Shown here one piece after another: positions 38,401 through 57,699 of a stretch of DNA of 64,000 nt (the first letter of the stretch is position 1; each line of letters opens with the position of its first letter). Made by a program: the position numbers and the translations under genes. Origin of the DNA: Hormiphora californensis (lineage: Eukaryota; Animalia; Ctenophora); assembly GCA_020137815.1 (NCBI GenBank), contig CM035360.1, positions 558,001 through 622,000 of the forward strand, written 5' to 3'. The notes under the pieces were generated by a model. That model was not told where the DNA came from. It did not search any database and worked only from the letters and a program-made list of their open reading frames with translations.

Positions 38401-41400
38401 CCCCTGGTTTGAATGAAAGTGATCAGGTGTTCCCCCTCTATCTCTTGAAAGGTCTCAAACTGAACCGTTACCAGCTGTTTGTATATCACCGCTGTAGCAA
38501 CCCCTGTTAGGAGAATGTCAGACCTCAGGAATCTGGTGATGTGACTCTGGATACCTGTGGAGGTGGGGGTAGCAATGAAGTGGGCCTGGTTGTAGGTGGA
38601 TAAAATGGAGATCTTGGCGTGGATTCTCACCATAGCAACCGCCCCATCTTGTTCTTTCACCACCTCCGTCTTCCGTAGAATTCCCTGTCGGGTCATAGAG
38701 AGGGCAAGGGTGGAGGTCTGTTTGAAGCTGTGTCGAGGTTCCAACTTGAAAGTAGTTTGGATTGTATACCAAATCACTTTGGTCAGTTCACCCTTACCCC
38801 CGCGTCTATAGGATATCACGCGGCTAGCAAACTTGGTGTGGGTCTTGGTAACCAGGATAGTTGTATCGTGTGACTCTACTGTGGTAACCATGGCAACACG
38901 TCTAACAGATAACTCTGAGATAACATGATGTTGCTTAGCAACCGTACCACTATCCCTTGTTGGTAGCTGTTTCACCAGATCGCCTCCCCTGAGTATAGAA
39001 TACTGTGTCTCCATCTGATCACGTGACACACTAAACATGATCACGTGACATCTCTCCACCTCTACCCCACTCTTCAAAACCACCATCCTCCTCTGTTCTG
39101 GTTCAGAGGTGCTGACTAGAGTCTTCTTTCTTGCTGTCCCAGATTTAGCGACCCTAACATGGTGGTCCACGTGTTTTGAGCTGTGTTGTGTTACCATAGC
39201 TTGGAATAACACCACTTTTGCTACTCTTAGTTTGACCTGTTTTCGAGCTTTTACTGTTGCCATGGTACCCTTCTCTAGATACATGTCCTCTGATGATGTG
39301 TGGTCAACTAACATGATACCTCTCCTGGTACCTGTATAGGACAATACATGGCGTTCCACCCACCGGTACTCAGAGGACAGGGTGATCTGACTAGCACTGG
39401 TAAGTTGGTGAGTGGTAGCTTGGAACTGTTGAACTAGATAGAAACCCTTAGTGAGCCCAAATGACCTCATCAGCATCACCTTGTGTGATGTCACAAACTG
39501 GTATCTTTGTGCCTCACTGGACCGTGATGTGATAGATAGTACAGGTCCAACATGTCTCTCAAATGATACGTAGTCATATTGAGCAAGGTACCGTTGATGT
39601 AGTGCCATCCTTCCCTTGTGTCTCTCTAGTGATCTCCAACTAAACCAAACATTGAACAGGATACTATGCCCCTCTGAGATCATCTGGGCAGTGTTCAGTA
39701 TCACGTGTGTTACCTGGGTGATCTCACTCTTGCTCCTGCATAAAACTATCTGTGTAGCTGTGTGTTGGCTGAATGCCTCCCTTTTGGAAACTAGTAGGCC
39801 TGTGTAGTGGGGGATTGTTACCAAGCGGACAACACGGTCAGCAGATGTTGCCACTATCATTTCATTTCGATGAGAGAGGGAGTGGGTCCGGGGAGTTTTC
39901 ACCCTGTAAACAATGCTAGTTGCCATGGTATCACTGTACCCTCCCCTTCCTCCTTCTGTCAGTAGCACGTGTGCTGCCTCCGTGGTGACACCGTGACGGA
40001 ATGTGGGTAGTACCCAGAGTTTAGTGGTTGCCATGGTAACCTGGTTACCTAACAACACCACCACTCCCCAGCGGTAGTAGCTTATCAAGAAGATAAGGTG
40101 GGTCGAACGAGTGGTGATGGATAACCCTGGGGAGAAAGAAAAAGAAGGATGGACTGTTGGAGGCTGGTATAGACTTTGTATTGTCTGCTTCAGTTTTCTA
40201 ATATTGGAACCTCCTGAAATGAACCCAACATGACTCATGGAACTCCCCACCCCTCCCCAGAGAATAATAGAGTGGGTTGAGATGACACTATCTGTTCTTG
40301 TTATGGCGTGTCCAGGGTTAAACTGCGCTCTAACATTACTATAAGGTGAACAAATACAAAACTGGACAGGTGACCCTGGTCTTAGGAGACGGTACGCAGG
40401 GTGTGATGCAGACGGGTTTAGTTTGCTGAAGGAGTAGGAGAATGATTCACTAAGGAAGGTTTGCTGATAGATGTACCGGTTATAGAAGTTGTAGAAAGTG
40501 AAGGAAGTTGATTGGGGAGAAGGTGGTTAGATTCCAAATCACAAACTCGTTCTGCCGGGCCATGGTCCAGTAATACGGCCCTGGAACACCGTGTATACAG
40601 AGTTTAGTGTGTGACCCCTTTCCTTCAGAACTCCCACTTTGCTCCTCTCCTTCTTTTGAGGATGAGGAGGAGGAAGTTGTCCCTTTCTCTTCAGAACTTT
40701 GAGATGTTGTCCCTTTCTCTCCAGAACTTTGCGATGTTGTCCCTTTCTCTCCAGAACCTGCCTTATTTTGTGAGGTGGAAGAGGATGGGCAGAAGTAAGT
40801 GGTGGTATGAACCTTGCCTCTCCAGCAGTATGGACATATTTTACACGGTTTAGTAGCAGTAGTAACCTGACCCTGATCATGTTTAGTAGTAGTCCTCTGA
40901 TCTGATCTGGTGATCCTGCTGCTCCACACATTGGGGGAGTGATCATCTACCTGATCACAAAATGGTAGTTCACCCTCTCCACCTGGTGTTTTTAATTCTT
41001 CCCCAGGTGATGTTGTTGATGATGAATCATCCAGATGGATAGTTCTCTGTCGTGCCACACTTTTCCTGACACACCTCCCCTTCAGATAACCCGTACCCCA
41101 TCTCCCTACAATCCCCTCTCAGTCCTTCCTCTCCACACATTCCCTTCTCTCATCCCTAGCTGTTGTCATGGTACCATATTGTGGGTTAGAAAGTGACCCG
41201 TAGGGGGAGTGAACCTCAATGGCCGTTAGAGCTCTACCAATATCTTTAACTTTGAACTCATGAGTGAGGATGCGCTGTGGTCGGTACTATCCCGTGTTTT
41301 GATTGGCTCGCCTACGAACAGGGTGTGAGACTCTGAAAAACATGACAAACTCATCAGGTTGGATCTGACGGGCAGCACCATTAAATCTAAAAAGTGTTCC

Positions 41401-44400
41401 AGCTGGCAGTGAAGGTTCTTGTAGCATGATGTTTGAAGTTGTGACCAGCCTCTGATTCATGCCATGGGTTTAGTTAGGACAGGTGGGGTGAGAGCTCTGA
41501 TGACGTCACTCTGGGTATCAAGGTGCTAGTTTAACCTGACATGAACTTGGCCCATTTCCGGAGGGGTCTATCTAAATTGAGAGTTTCAGCCCGAGGCACC
41601 TCCGGGTTCTGAGACACAGCAGCGATTAGAGATAGGGAGACCTTCCGTATCATGAGGAAGATGTAGAGTGATTTTCTGCCGTAGTGGTACCGCTGTTTCG
41701 CCTGGTGAGGTAGGAATGTAGATCTAACTGTGTACAGAGTCCTGAATTGTTTGATACTGGGTTCACTTGATATTATGGAGCCAGGTGTTAGTACTGGGTA
41801 TTTTAGGGGGTGAACTGCAGGTATCTTGGTGGGAGAGTCAGCATGGTACTGCATTAGAACTAGGGCTTTGTGTCGTCTCTGGGTGGATATAACATGGTCC
41901 ACCGTTGTGGAGTGGTAGGTGAATATGGATGTTGTGGTGGAGGTCAGGGTGAGGGAACACCGCGGCGTGTTTGGTGAAGGAGCAGATCCCTTAGCAACAC
42001 TGGAGTCCTTAGCAACAGTAGAGTCCTTAGCAACAGATTCTCTATCCTCGCTACTTGCACCACTCGTATCCCCAGTGACCATGGTAACAGATCCAACACT
42101 ACACCACCCCATCAACTCCCTTCCTCTCACCACACCACTCTGAACCTCTCTAACCCACCCTGCAAGACTCATTATCCCCACATCCCGGATACCAGACCAC
42201 GATATCCTTTCCGGGGAGATATCCCTGTCAGTCACCCGGCTCAAGGGTACGGGGCTGGTTCTTGGGTGGTGTTGGATAATCACGGTGGCCCTCATCAGAC
42301 GGGACCTGGTCTGGACAGAGTGGGAATATTTCTCTAGGTGTCGTAGGGTGTACCATATGTAGCGGAGGGTGACAAGAGTTGATAGAGGGTGCTGGGTGGG
42401 TGTCAGGATGATCTTTCTAGGTGGGGTACGGAATACAGATCTGTGAAGAACGGCACCTCTATCCTCCATTATTTGGGGATACCAATCATTCTGCCTGATC
42501 ACTGTAGTCACCCCAATGTACTTCATCCCTACTTCACCCACTATTATAGACACCGTCCTGTCTATCTTCAGCACCACGACTATCACCTGTCCAGTTGACC
42601 TCTCCACCGCGGTACCCCACACCTGGACCACACGACCATACTTGGGCAGAGACCTTTTCTGGGAATCTTTGGTGTCCATGGCAACCCACCTCTCCAACTG
42701 AAACACAGTTCTATCCACTAATGCAGGCTGGTTGATGTGGACCACTTGTTTGGATACATGAACCCTTGGTCTCCAGGTTTCACCTCTCCTCCCGGTTGTC
42801 ATGACAACATGACGAGTGTGGGTGAACATTGTATCGATTAGATAGGCTGGGGTAGCTACAGAGTGAGTGACAGGGTGGGATGGTGGGGTCTGGGGGTGGA
42901 CTAATATCACAGCAGCCAACACCCGATGTTCCGCCTGTATACTCGTTTTAAAGTGAACTATCTCTATCACTAGGTGCTGGTACCACCTACTAGGAGAGAT
43001 CCTGCGGGGTACCCCATGTGGCATGCCCGCCATTACACCCTGTTTAGTAGAGGGGACTACCAAACCCATCCTGTTGGTCTGGTGACAAGATATTCGGGAG
43101 AGTCCCAACAAACCAGCCACACCAGGGACTAGCTGCTTAGCTTGGAGAGTTTTGAAAAAGTCCTGGAGGTGTTTTTCGTGTTTGTTTTCAGGTTTTGAAG
43201 TCGGTGGAGCGGGGTCCTCTCTCTCACAATCGCCCATTATAATCTCTCCATGTTCACCCGATATGTGGTAATTGATAACCGGACTTTCTGTCACACTCCC
43301 AAAGGGCACGGCAATGATCGGAGTCCAGTACTCGGCATTGGTTATCTTTATGAAGGAGCGAGTTCTTCTGATGAACATGCCGTAAATCTGGCAGTGGTTG
43401 CGATGTGTTTGTAGTATGATAACACGGTGTCTCCAGTAGGCAAAGAAGGAGTTGGTTGTAGTAGGAACAACTAGTCGAGAGGAGATGGGATAGGTGGTGA
43501 CAAGGGTTGAACAAGTCAACTGTTGTTTGGGTCCTAGACATGTTTTAGAGATCCCAGTTGGGCCCATGGTAGTACCATGTTTTGTCTCTCCGTGATCATC
43601 ACATCCTCCAACCCTAAACACCTCCCCTCCAACCTCCCTCACCTCCTTCTGTGAACAGTGCTCCTGACTTATCACATACTTGTGAGCTCCACTGTTCTGT
43701 ATTCCTATCCCAATAGCATTGGATGGAAGTGATTTGAGGACGGTTGTCCTGCCTGCAGGATGGAACCTATGTTCAGTGGTTACCATGGCAATGGTGTCAG
43801 GGTTTGGCAAGAATTCAGGTGCAACCGTCAACTTCAGGTACAGATACTGCCTGTGAATGTGGATACGTGTATCTCTGTGTTTGATAACACGCCGCTTGTT
43901 CACGTGGCGAGTTACTGTTGCCATGCCAGGAATCTCATCCTTCCACCTAGCAACCGTTGCTACGCGGTAAACAATCATTTGGACCCCTGTCCTGATGAAC
44001 TCTCCGTTTAGCTCGTATGATACAAGGTGGGTTTGGATCTGGGCCAACTCGTGGTTACCATGGGTTACCATAGCAACCTGGGGTGTAACCAAGTGACTCA
44101 ACTTAGTGATACCCTCCATAACAACAGGATTCGCTAGGGCACCACCCCGAACTCTCCTATTCTGCACCATGGCAACGAAATGAGTGGTAACAAGGCGAGG
44201 TGGGGTGAATGAATCTGATTGAGGTGCCACCAGGTGATCATTCTCCATGACTTCACTCGTGTATATGACGTCACAAGTTAAACTGTGATCCAGGAATTGG
44301 GTGGAATGTCGTGTCTCGGTGAAATATCTAACAGGAACGGGTTTCATTCTAACCCCACACTCTCTAACCACCATCCCGTACCTTTGTCTACCCTTCAGCC

Positions 44401-47400
44401 TTATCTCCCTGCCCCAGTGTGAGGTCTGGATGTGCTGCACGTGCCCTGCTAGTAGAACCACCACATGTTCCCGCTCAATAAGGGACGTTGTGGCTGGATT
44501 AGGGAGGTATTTTGGGATGTAAAGTCCAAATCGAGGCGGGGAGAACATGTCCCAGATAGACACTAGATAACTGGTTCGGGGGATGCCTCTGATTCTATTC
44601 CTGATGCCTGACAGATAGGACATGGGAGGTGTGAGACCGATAGTGAGACCCACATTCCCTGATAACAAGGACACAAACAGCTGCCCTGAAGATCTTAACT
44701 TCCAATCCCATCTCTGCCAAGATTCCTTGAAATATGTTTCTTGTTGGACACTCTGCTCAATGGAAAACAACACTACTCCAACCTCCCTCTCCCATGTTAG
44801 GTCCATCTCAGGCAGGTCCGGACGTGCCACTGTCTCCATGACCCCAGAAGTCCTCACATAACCCACCTGACTGGCTGCACCAATCCTCTCATAGGATATT
44901 ACTGCCACTTTCTTTGAGGTCCTGGTGTAAAACTTGAAGGGAACGAGAAGAACCATCATGCTGTTAACATGGGCGTGTTGATGGACAAACTTTAAAAAGA
45001 ATGTTCGAGGTTTGTGCTCCTCCCAACCCCTCTCAACCAGCTTCCTGACAGCCACAACTGGGGGATGGGTGACTCTGATTGGGGTAGCTCGGGGTGGGTT
45101 GTGAATCACCACACCCGTCCAATATATCCTATCCTGACATCCTATCTTTAGATACGCATACTCCCTGATATTCTTGAACCATGCCGAGTTATGAGTCTTC
45201 CTCCGAACATTCCTCCCCTTGTATAGTTTGGTAAAGGTAGTGGGAGGCTCTGAGTACATGTCAACAGGGTATAGGAAGGGGTAAGGTGGAGGAGAGTGGG
45301 ATCCCTTGAGAAGGAGATAGGAGTACCGGATCTGTCGAACCTCCCAGTCAAACACATTGAAGGATGAGGAGACGAGGCGTTCCTGGTCTGAACTGTAGTG
45401 GTTCACACTGGAACTGTGGTGAGTCTCCTGGAGGAGGGGAATTAGTTGGGGTAAAGATAATTATTATAGTGGGCAGGTGAGTAGAACTTCGCTCCTAATA
45501 AAAGGCTGCAATAAAAGGCTGCAGAAAAAGGCTGCAATAAAAGGCTGCAATAAAAGGCTGCAATAAAAGGCTGCAATAAAAGGCTGCAATAAAAGGCTGC
45601 AATAAAAGGCTGCAATAAAAGGCTGCAAGGGATCACGTATCTAACCAGACTAAAGCGGGGGATAGACCGAATCGTCCTCCCCTAATAGTGTTTCGTATCA
45701 CGTATCGGCTGTAGAGAGACCGAATCACCTTCCCCTAATTATAGTGACTCGTGTTACGTATCCAACTAGACCATAGGCGATAGAGAGACCGCGATAGAGA
45801 GCGAGTACGAGTGAGAACTGAGAGAGTGAAAAATCAGAATCATGGTACGGTATCACGTACCATGGTATCCTCTAATGAAAAGCGGTTACCAATTGACAAT
45901 GAGACCTCATCGGTCCCGATACGTGATTCTCTACCGCTATGTATTCTCCATTAGTCTTTCCGTATCGATCCACGATTCAGTAGAGGTAGTCAGTAACTAC
46001 TGAGAGTGTTGGTCTAATGAGGTAGGGTAGATCTTGTTTTGTTTGTCGAACAAGGCAAGGTAGATCTATTGATTGAGCGTGTAGCACAATCACAGGTGAA
46101 CCACCCAACCACTTGGTTCACCTATCATAGTACTATGTGTGATTCCGCTCTACTGAATTGTGTACATTGGCGAATAACGGTAGAAAATCAGTAATCACGT
46201 ATTGGCACCGATTAAGTCAAATTATAGGTAACCGTCTTTCATTTAATTAATTAGAGGATATCATGAAACGTGATACAATACTTGATTAGTCGTCCATGAT
46301 TCGGATCTCTCACTCTCACCTCTCTAACTCTCTATCTCCGTCTATCTACCGCCTATGGTTTAGTTGAATACATGGCACGAATCACTATAATTAGGGGCGG
46401 GTGATTCGGTCTCTCTACCGCTTATGGTATAGACCGATACGTGAAACGAAACACTGTTAGGGGAGGACGATTCGGTCTCTCCTGCTTCGGTCTCTCCTGC
46501 TTTAGTCCAGTTGGATACGTGATCCATTGCAGCCTTTTATTGCAGCCTTTTATTGCAGCCTTTTAATGCAGCCTTTTATTGCAGCCTTTTAATGCAGCCT
46601 TTTATTGCAGCCTTTTATTGCAGCCTTTTATTAGGAGCGAAGTTCTACTCACCTGCCAAAGCATGCGGAAGATGAGGGCGAGATGAGTGGCGAGATGGGG
46701 GCTGAGGATATTTGTTGAGTAAGGGGTCAACAAGGGGAGATGGGGGTTGTGGATATGAGGAGTTTAGGGGTGAAACTACTCGAAAAAAAAAGAAGTGGGG
46801 AGTAAAAAAAAACAAACCAAATCAGTATCAAAATAAAACTCACAGTTTTCTGAGTACCCACTAATACCGTTCCTGAAGTGTGAAAAAGTTTAGTTAGCTC
46901 CTTCAAACAACCACATGCTCAATAAATATCTGTCTGGCGGCGCCGACAATAGATCCGAGTGCACTGAGAATCAAAACGGGGTCTGCCGGACAGCTTTAGC
47001 TTCGGGGGGAAACATTCGTGACTGAACCTCAGGTACAGATCTCGGCTAATTTACCCCGGAGACCTATTTACCCCTGAAATCTTAGCCCTCAGGGATTCAG
47101 GGATAGCCGTGACCTGAACCTGAGGTTCAGTCATGACTCTTCCCTCCCCCAATGGATTAAACCACCCAAACAAGTCAGATTAGGGCATATTAATAAAAAG
47201 GGACACCTGACCTAACAATGTAAATGATTCTATATCTCTTACGTGTTTGACAGCGTAGTCCGGACCACCCTGGGTAGCACAGGCACACAAAGTTCCTCCT
47301 GGTATACCGGAGTTCCCCATGACGACAGATCCTCCCTGACCCACCTGTGTTACCATGGTAACGGGTAGTAACAGGATGCAGCAGAGACAACAAACACCAC

Positions 47401-48633
47401 AGGAAACTGAAGGGGATCAGGGAATTAAGGGCAAACATAGGAAACTGGAAAGTAAAACTAAAAAATTCTGGTCTGAAACAGAAAGGACGAAGAGGAAAAA
47501 CCATTTGCTGCAGACGGCATCTAGACATGGCTGAGCCGTAGTCTAGACTTCATCTAGACGTTATAGTACGTCTGGATGGAATTTTTAGAGACGTACTACA
47601 GACGTAGAAACAGCCCACGGATTGTCTGGCGGCCCGACACGTCACCATACAGCCCATGGAAGCTTAACGGATGGATTGAGACGTTGAATCAACACTCAAC
47701 ACTTCAACAGTGACTGCAGTTACAGAGGTACCTTTTTCTTTATTTTGAACGTTCCGTCTCAGCGAATTTCCACTTAACTTCTAGAATCGATTGGTGCGGA
47801 TCAGACGTATTGAGACACCCACTCTCAGACCAGTGAAACCACGTCTGTTATAGTACGCTCGCCGTAATTCAAGCTGCCTGACGTACGTATCTATTGAACT
47901 TTTATTAACGTCAGTAAGTCAGTTTGATTCAGACGCATTACAGACGGAAAATGCTCAACGGAGTCGTACGTTTGGTGACGCAAAACAGCAACTTGAGGTG
48001 ACTGCGCCACCAAGTCGTACGCGTACGTCAGACGTGTTGAATAGCGTACTACAGACGTGAACAACAAACTGTTTCAGTAACTTCTGATCAAGACGGTTTG
48101 AAACCGTCACAAAACGTTTCGAGAAAGGGAAATTCGCTGAGACGTATCGTTCAACATAAAATACGTCTCTAAAAATTCCGTCCGGACGCACTAGGTCTGG
48201 ATGAAGTCTAGACTACGAGTCAACCACGTCTAGATGCCGTCTGAAGCAGATTCTTTTTTGCCGAAACTGGGACAATCACAAAACGGGACTAGTAACGTAA
48301 GGAGATTACACTGGGACAAAACGGGACTAGATTACTGACTACCAAACAACTGCCTACCAGGAACCGACCGAATTAAGTAAACAGCCAATCAGAACTCGTT
48401 ATTTAGGTCACGTGACTGTTTATCGGCCAATCAGGGACCAGTATTTCCTGATTCGGTCGGTTCTTGCTGCCTACATATCGGAGGCCAATTATGATATCAA
48501 TAAGCTATGTATCGGGTACCATCGGTAACCACTTCCCCCGAGGGAGTGGTTACCATGGTTTCATGGAGTGGTTACCATGGTTACATGGAGTGGTTACCAT
48601 GGTTACAACTTACCACAAGTTAAACTTGGGCAT
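35415..48633 (-). CDS. Giant secreted basic beta-rich protein with an N-terminal EGF-like motif, paralog C (~3,400 aa)
   Basis: Exons 48633-48614 (MPKFNLC), 47406-47243 (signal end plus CRHG...CLCYPGWSGLRC), 46872-46844 and 45427-35415, with phases 2,1,0 all consistent. The last exon covers ORFs 41531-45406, 40480-41058 and 35415-40250, with frameshifts at ~41060-41530 and ~40505. It is collinear with paralog B from the Cys core to the C-terminus. Confidence 0.78.
45472..46657. mobile_element. Foldback/MITE element with subterminal 13-bp minisatellites, in intron 3 of paralog C
   Basis: Inverted termini GGCAGGTGAGTAGAACTTCGCTCCTAATAAAAGGCTG. (aataaaaggctgc)n arrays at ~45497-45628 and, inverted, at ~46527-46632. 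Imperfect inverted arms internally. No clear TSD. Confidence 0.8.
47005..47150. mobile_element. Small MITE-like inverted repeat
   Basis: gggggg...gtgactgaacctcagg versus cctgaggttcagtcatga...ccccc. Confidence 0.45.
47505..48250. mobile_element. MITE/foldback element in intron 1 of paralog C
   Basis: cagacggcatctagac..gg.tga..cgtagtctagacttcatc.agac...ggaatttttagagacgta at the left is inverted at the right (acgtctctaaaaattcc...gatgaagtctagactacg...gtctagatgccgtctg). Rich in agacgt subrepeats. Confidence 0.7.
48358..48466 (+). mobile_element. hAT-type MITE (~109 bp) with 8-bp TSD
   Basis: TIRs CAGGAACCGACCGAA and TTCGGTCGGTTCTTG. TSD CTGCCTAC at 48350-48357 and 48467-48474. Confidence 0.85.
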
Positions 48634-49147
48634 AAATCTTCTTTTTGGGCATTTCTAGCTGACCCAACTACGTCACTCACAACTACAATAATACAACACA
48701 GAGAGAGACTGGGATCCAACACCAAATTGCTATTAAACACAGTGTTTTGTAAAGTGTTGTTAAGAATGTTGGGTAAACAGGGTACAAAGAATGTTCGTCA
48801 AAAGCACGGTGTAAAAACATAGAAAAAAAGAGCAACCTCGTGAAAAATATAAATTTCAGCGGTTAGCTTTCAATTTGCAAAACGCAGTGTATGAATCATA
48901 TCTCATGTCTAGATACACACATAATATATCAAGGAGTATACTGTGTCAAAGCTTTGAAACACACTCTACACAAACTGTGTGTACAAGCCATGTCGGTACA
49001 TATGTTTTCTATAAAAGTCTCCCTCTCTCAATACCACTAGATCTACCAGCTCACCATATCACGTGATCTCTATCTCAGTCCCTGATTGGCTAACGCAGCC
49101 CCTTCCTCGATTCTGATTGGTCAATGTATATATCAGTGTTCCAGCTC

Positions 49148-55401
<6,254 letters not shown>

Positions 55402-55941
55402 CTGAAAGGAAGAAGAGGGGGTCAGATACTGGGAAACATGCTCAATCGACTAACTTCCTAGTTTTTCTTGACAGGATACGCTATCCCCCACAGCGACCGA
55501 GCTATGGACTAGACACTAGACAGTGGACACCGTATCCCGTTATGGTCAAAGTTTTTTCTGAACAAACACAATAATGTTTTGCAGTCGTACTGGTCAATTT
55601 AAAACTAGGAATAAGACTGTCCATGGAGAATAAAAAAGGGGTCTGGCACCGCCAGACATGAACAAGAAATAAACCTTGCAATTGGGTATAGGCCCAACAA
55701 GGTTAAAATGAACCCTATGAACTGTAATTAACAAGGCTATAATTAGCTGTTAATTACTTTAAAAATGGGGTTTAACCCTTTGGGGACGATACGCCCCCTT
55801 TCGTCATAATTCTCAAAGTCTTCCTGGACACATTTAATTTGAACCTACTTGATGTAACGGGGCTGGTCAGAACTGCGACAAGGGCGAAAAACAACAACAT
55901 AATGAACTAAGGGGGTGTGATTGTGACAATGTGGATAGAGG

Positions 55942-55943
<2 letters not shown>

Positions 55944-56007
<64 letters not shown>

Positions 56008-56134
56008 CAGCTTGTAGTTGCATTGAGAACTGCAGGAGCCAGGATGAGACGAGAAAGAGACTAAACAGAAAGTTGAAGAGAGCAAGAGAAGGTTAGAGGA
56101 CAAGGAAGCCTGTCAGTGTCTCTCGTCATCATTC

Positions 56135-56213
<79 letters not shown>

Positions 56214-56225
56214 CTCTCTCTCTCT
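55944..56225. repeat. (GA)n and (CT)n microsatellites in inverted arrangement
   Basis: (GA)n at ~55944-56005 and (CT)n at ~56138-56225. Confidence 0.9.
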
Positions 56226-57699
56226 TCCTCCTTGCTCCTCTCAACATGGGAAAGTTAAAAGATAACAGCGCGTTGCAAAGTGGTATGTACCGGGTGGAGA
56301 GGGTCAGAGAACGAACGGGGGTAGAGACCTCTAGTTACTACTAGCAACACACGGATGTTACAATTCGAGAAATGAGAAGAAGCAGACATAGTAACCATGG
56401 TAACATACAAGAAGCAGGCACAGTAACCATGGTGACATAGCCGGCAGACGAAGCGGCAGATAGCAACCTATAGGGAGATTGGGAGGGGCGCTAGCAATTG
56501 CTGGTTGTCTAGAACCTAGATGGTTCGGGTCTTGGGCCTGAGTTCTTGGCAAATGAAAGTTTAAAATTTCTCAAATCTAATTTCGGTTGAAAAGATGGTG
56601 TTTTTCTAATGCTAGGCGATATAATACGGACAGAATTCCAGTGCATACATGGGGCAATAAGTGACAACATTATTCAGTATTATAGTACTTGCAGAAAACA
56701 TGGGACATAAGTGATAATATTATTCGAAGTACTACTTGTAGAATGCCGCTAAAAAAGGACAGGAAAAGCATGAAAGGCATTCATGCACTGTCTTTATTCT
56801 CTTTTTGCAAGCTAATTAGCTGGAGCTGCAGAGGGCGTAATACCTAACATAGCTCATGACAGTCAACGAATAAAGATAGAGAGAGAGGAGAGAGAGAGTG
56901 TGTTAGAGAATAATAAGCATTTATGCGGGGCTGGTTTAAAATGTCTCGTCTAAAAAGGAATCTGCGTGAAGAATGGAGAACCTGTGCAGTAGAGACAGGG
57001 GAATCTGTGGAAGAGAGGGAGTGAAGTCAGATAAAATGGGGCATGAGAATAGAGAGAGTGACAAAGTGAATGGAACATTGACACAATGTGTTCAACATGA
57101 ACTGATGTATGAGATACGGCATGGCTGCAGCTGAGCTTTTCAGAGAACTCCTGTAGAGACAAGAATAGGATAAAACGAGAGGAGGAAGGAGAGAGAGATA
57201 GAGAGAGAGAGAAATGCAGACAACAGTAGTAGTAGTAACACTTCATATATACGACATTGTGCAGCAGTGTCGTCCACTGTGAAAATTGCCCTGCACTGTC
57301 ACACAATTTTCACCAGCTCCTCCTCTGCATCTGTCTGCTGCAGACACACATGAAACTAATATTCAGGAATTAGAACCCCTGTCACATCTTCTTCTTCTTC
57401 TTTACTAACACATGACATTACTAGAACAGCAGCCCCTTCGCAGATATCTGGCTTCTTCTTACTCTAGAATGATCCTAGGTGATCACATGTTGTTCCCCAA
57501 TCAATAATCATGTTTTCTGTCCATGGGATACGGGAACTCTAGAATTTTGGTAGATATCTTTCTGGATCATTGTTGATCTCGGATCCTAGGTCTAGGGTCT
57601 GTAATATACTTAAGTTGAGACCTGCCTTCACATAGATCTCTCCTAGGTATATACACTGAATAGACAGTCAGATACTGTCTAATATATAATTAGTACCAT

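Noticed and set aside
14279-44861. Many short plus-strand ORFs antisense to the giant genes
   Set aside because: They are shadow ORFs of long, compositionally biased coding exons.
13941-45406. Giant ORFs as a viral polyprotein or a retrotransposon/Polinton
   Set aside because: I saw no RT, RdRp, integrase, helicase or polymerase motifs and no LTRs or TIRs. The genes have spliceosomal introns and signal peptides.
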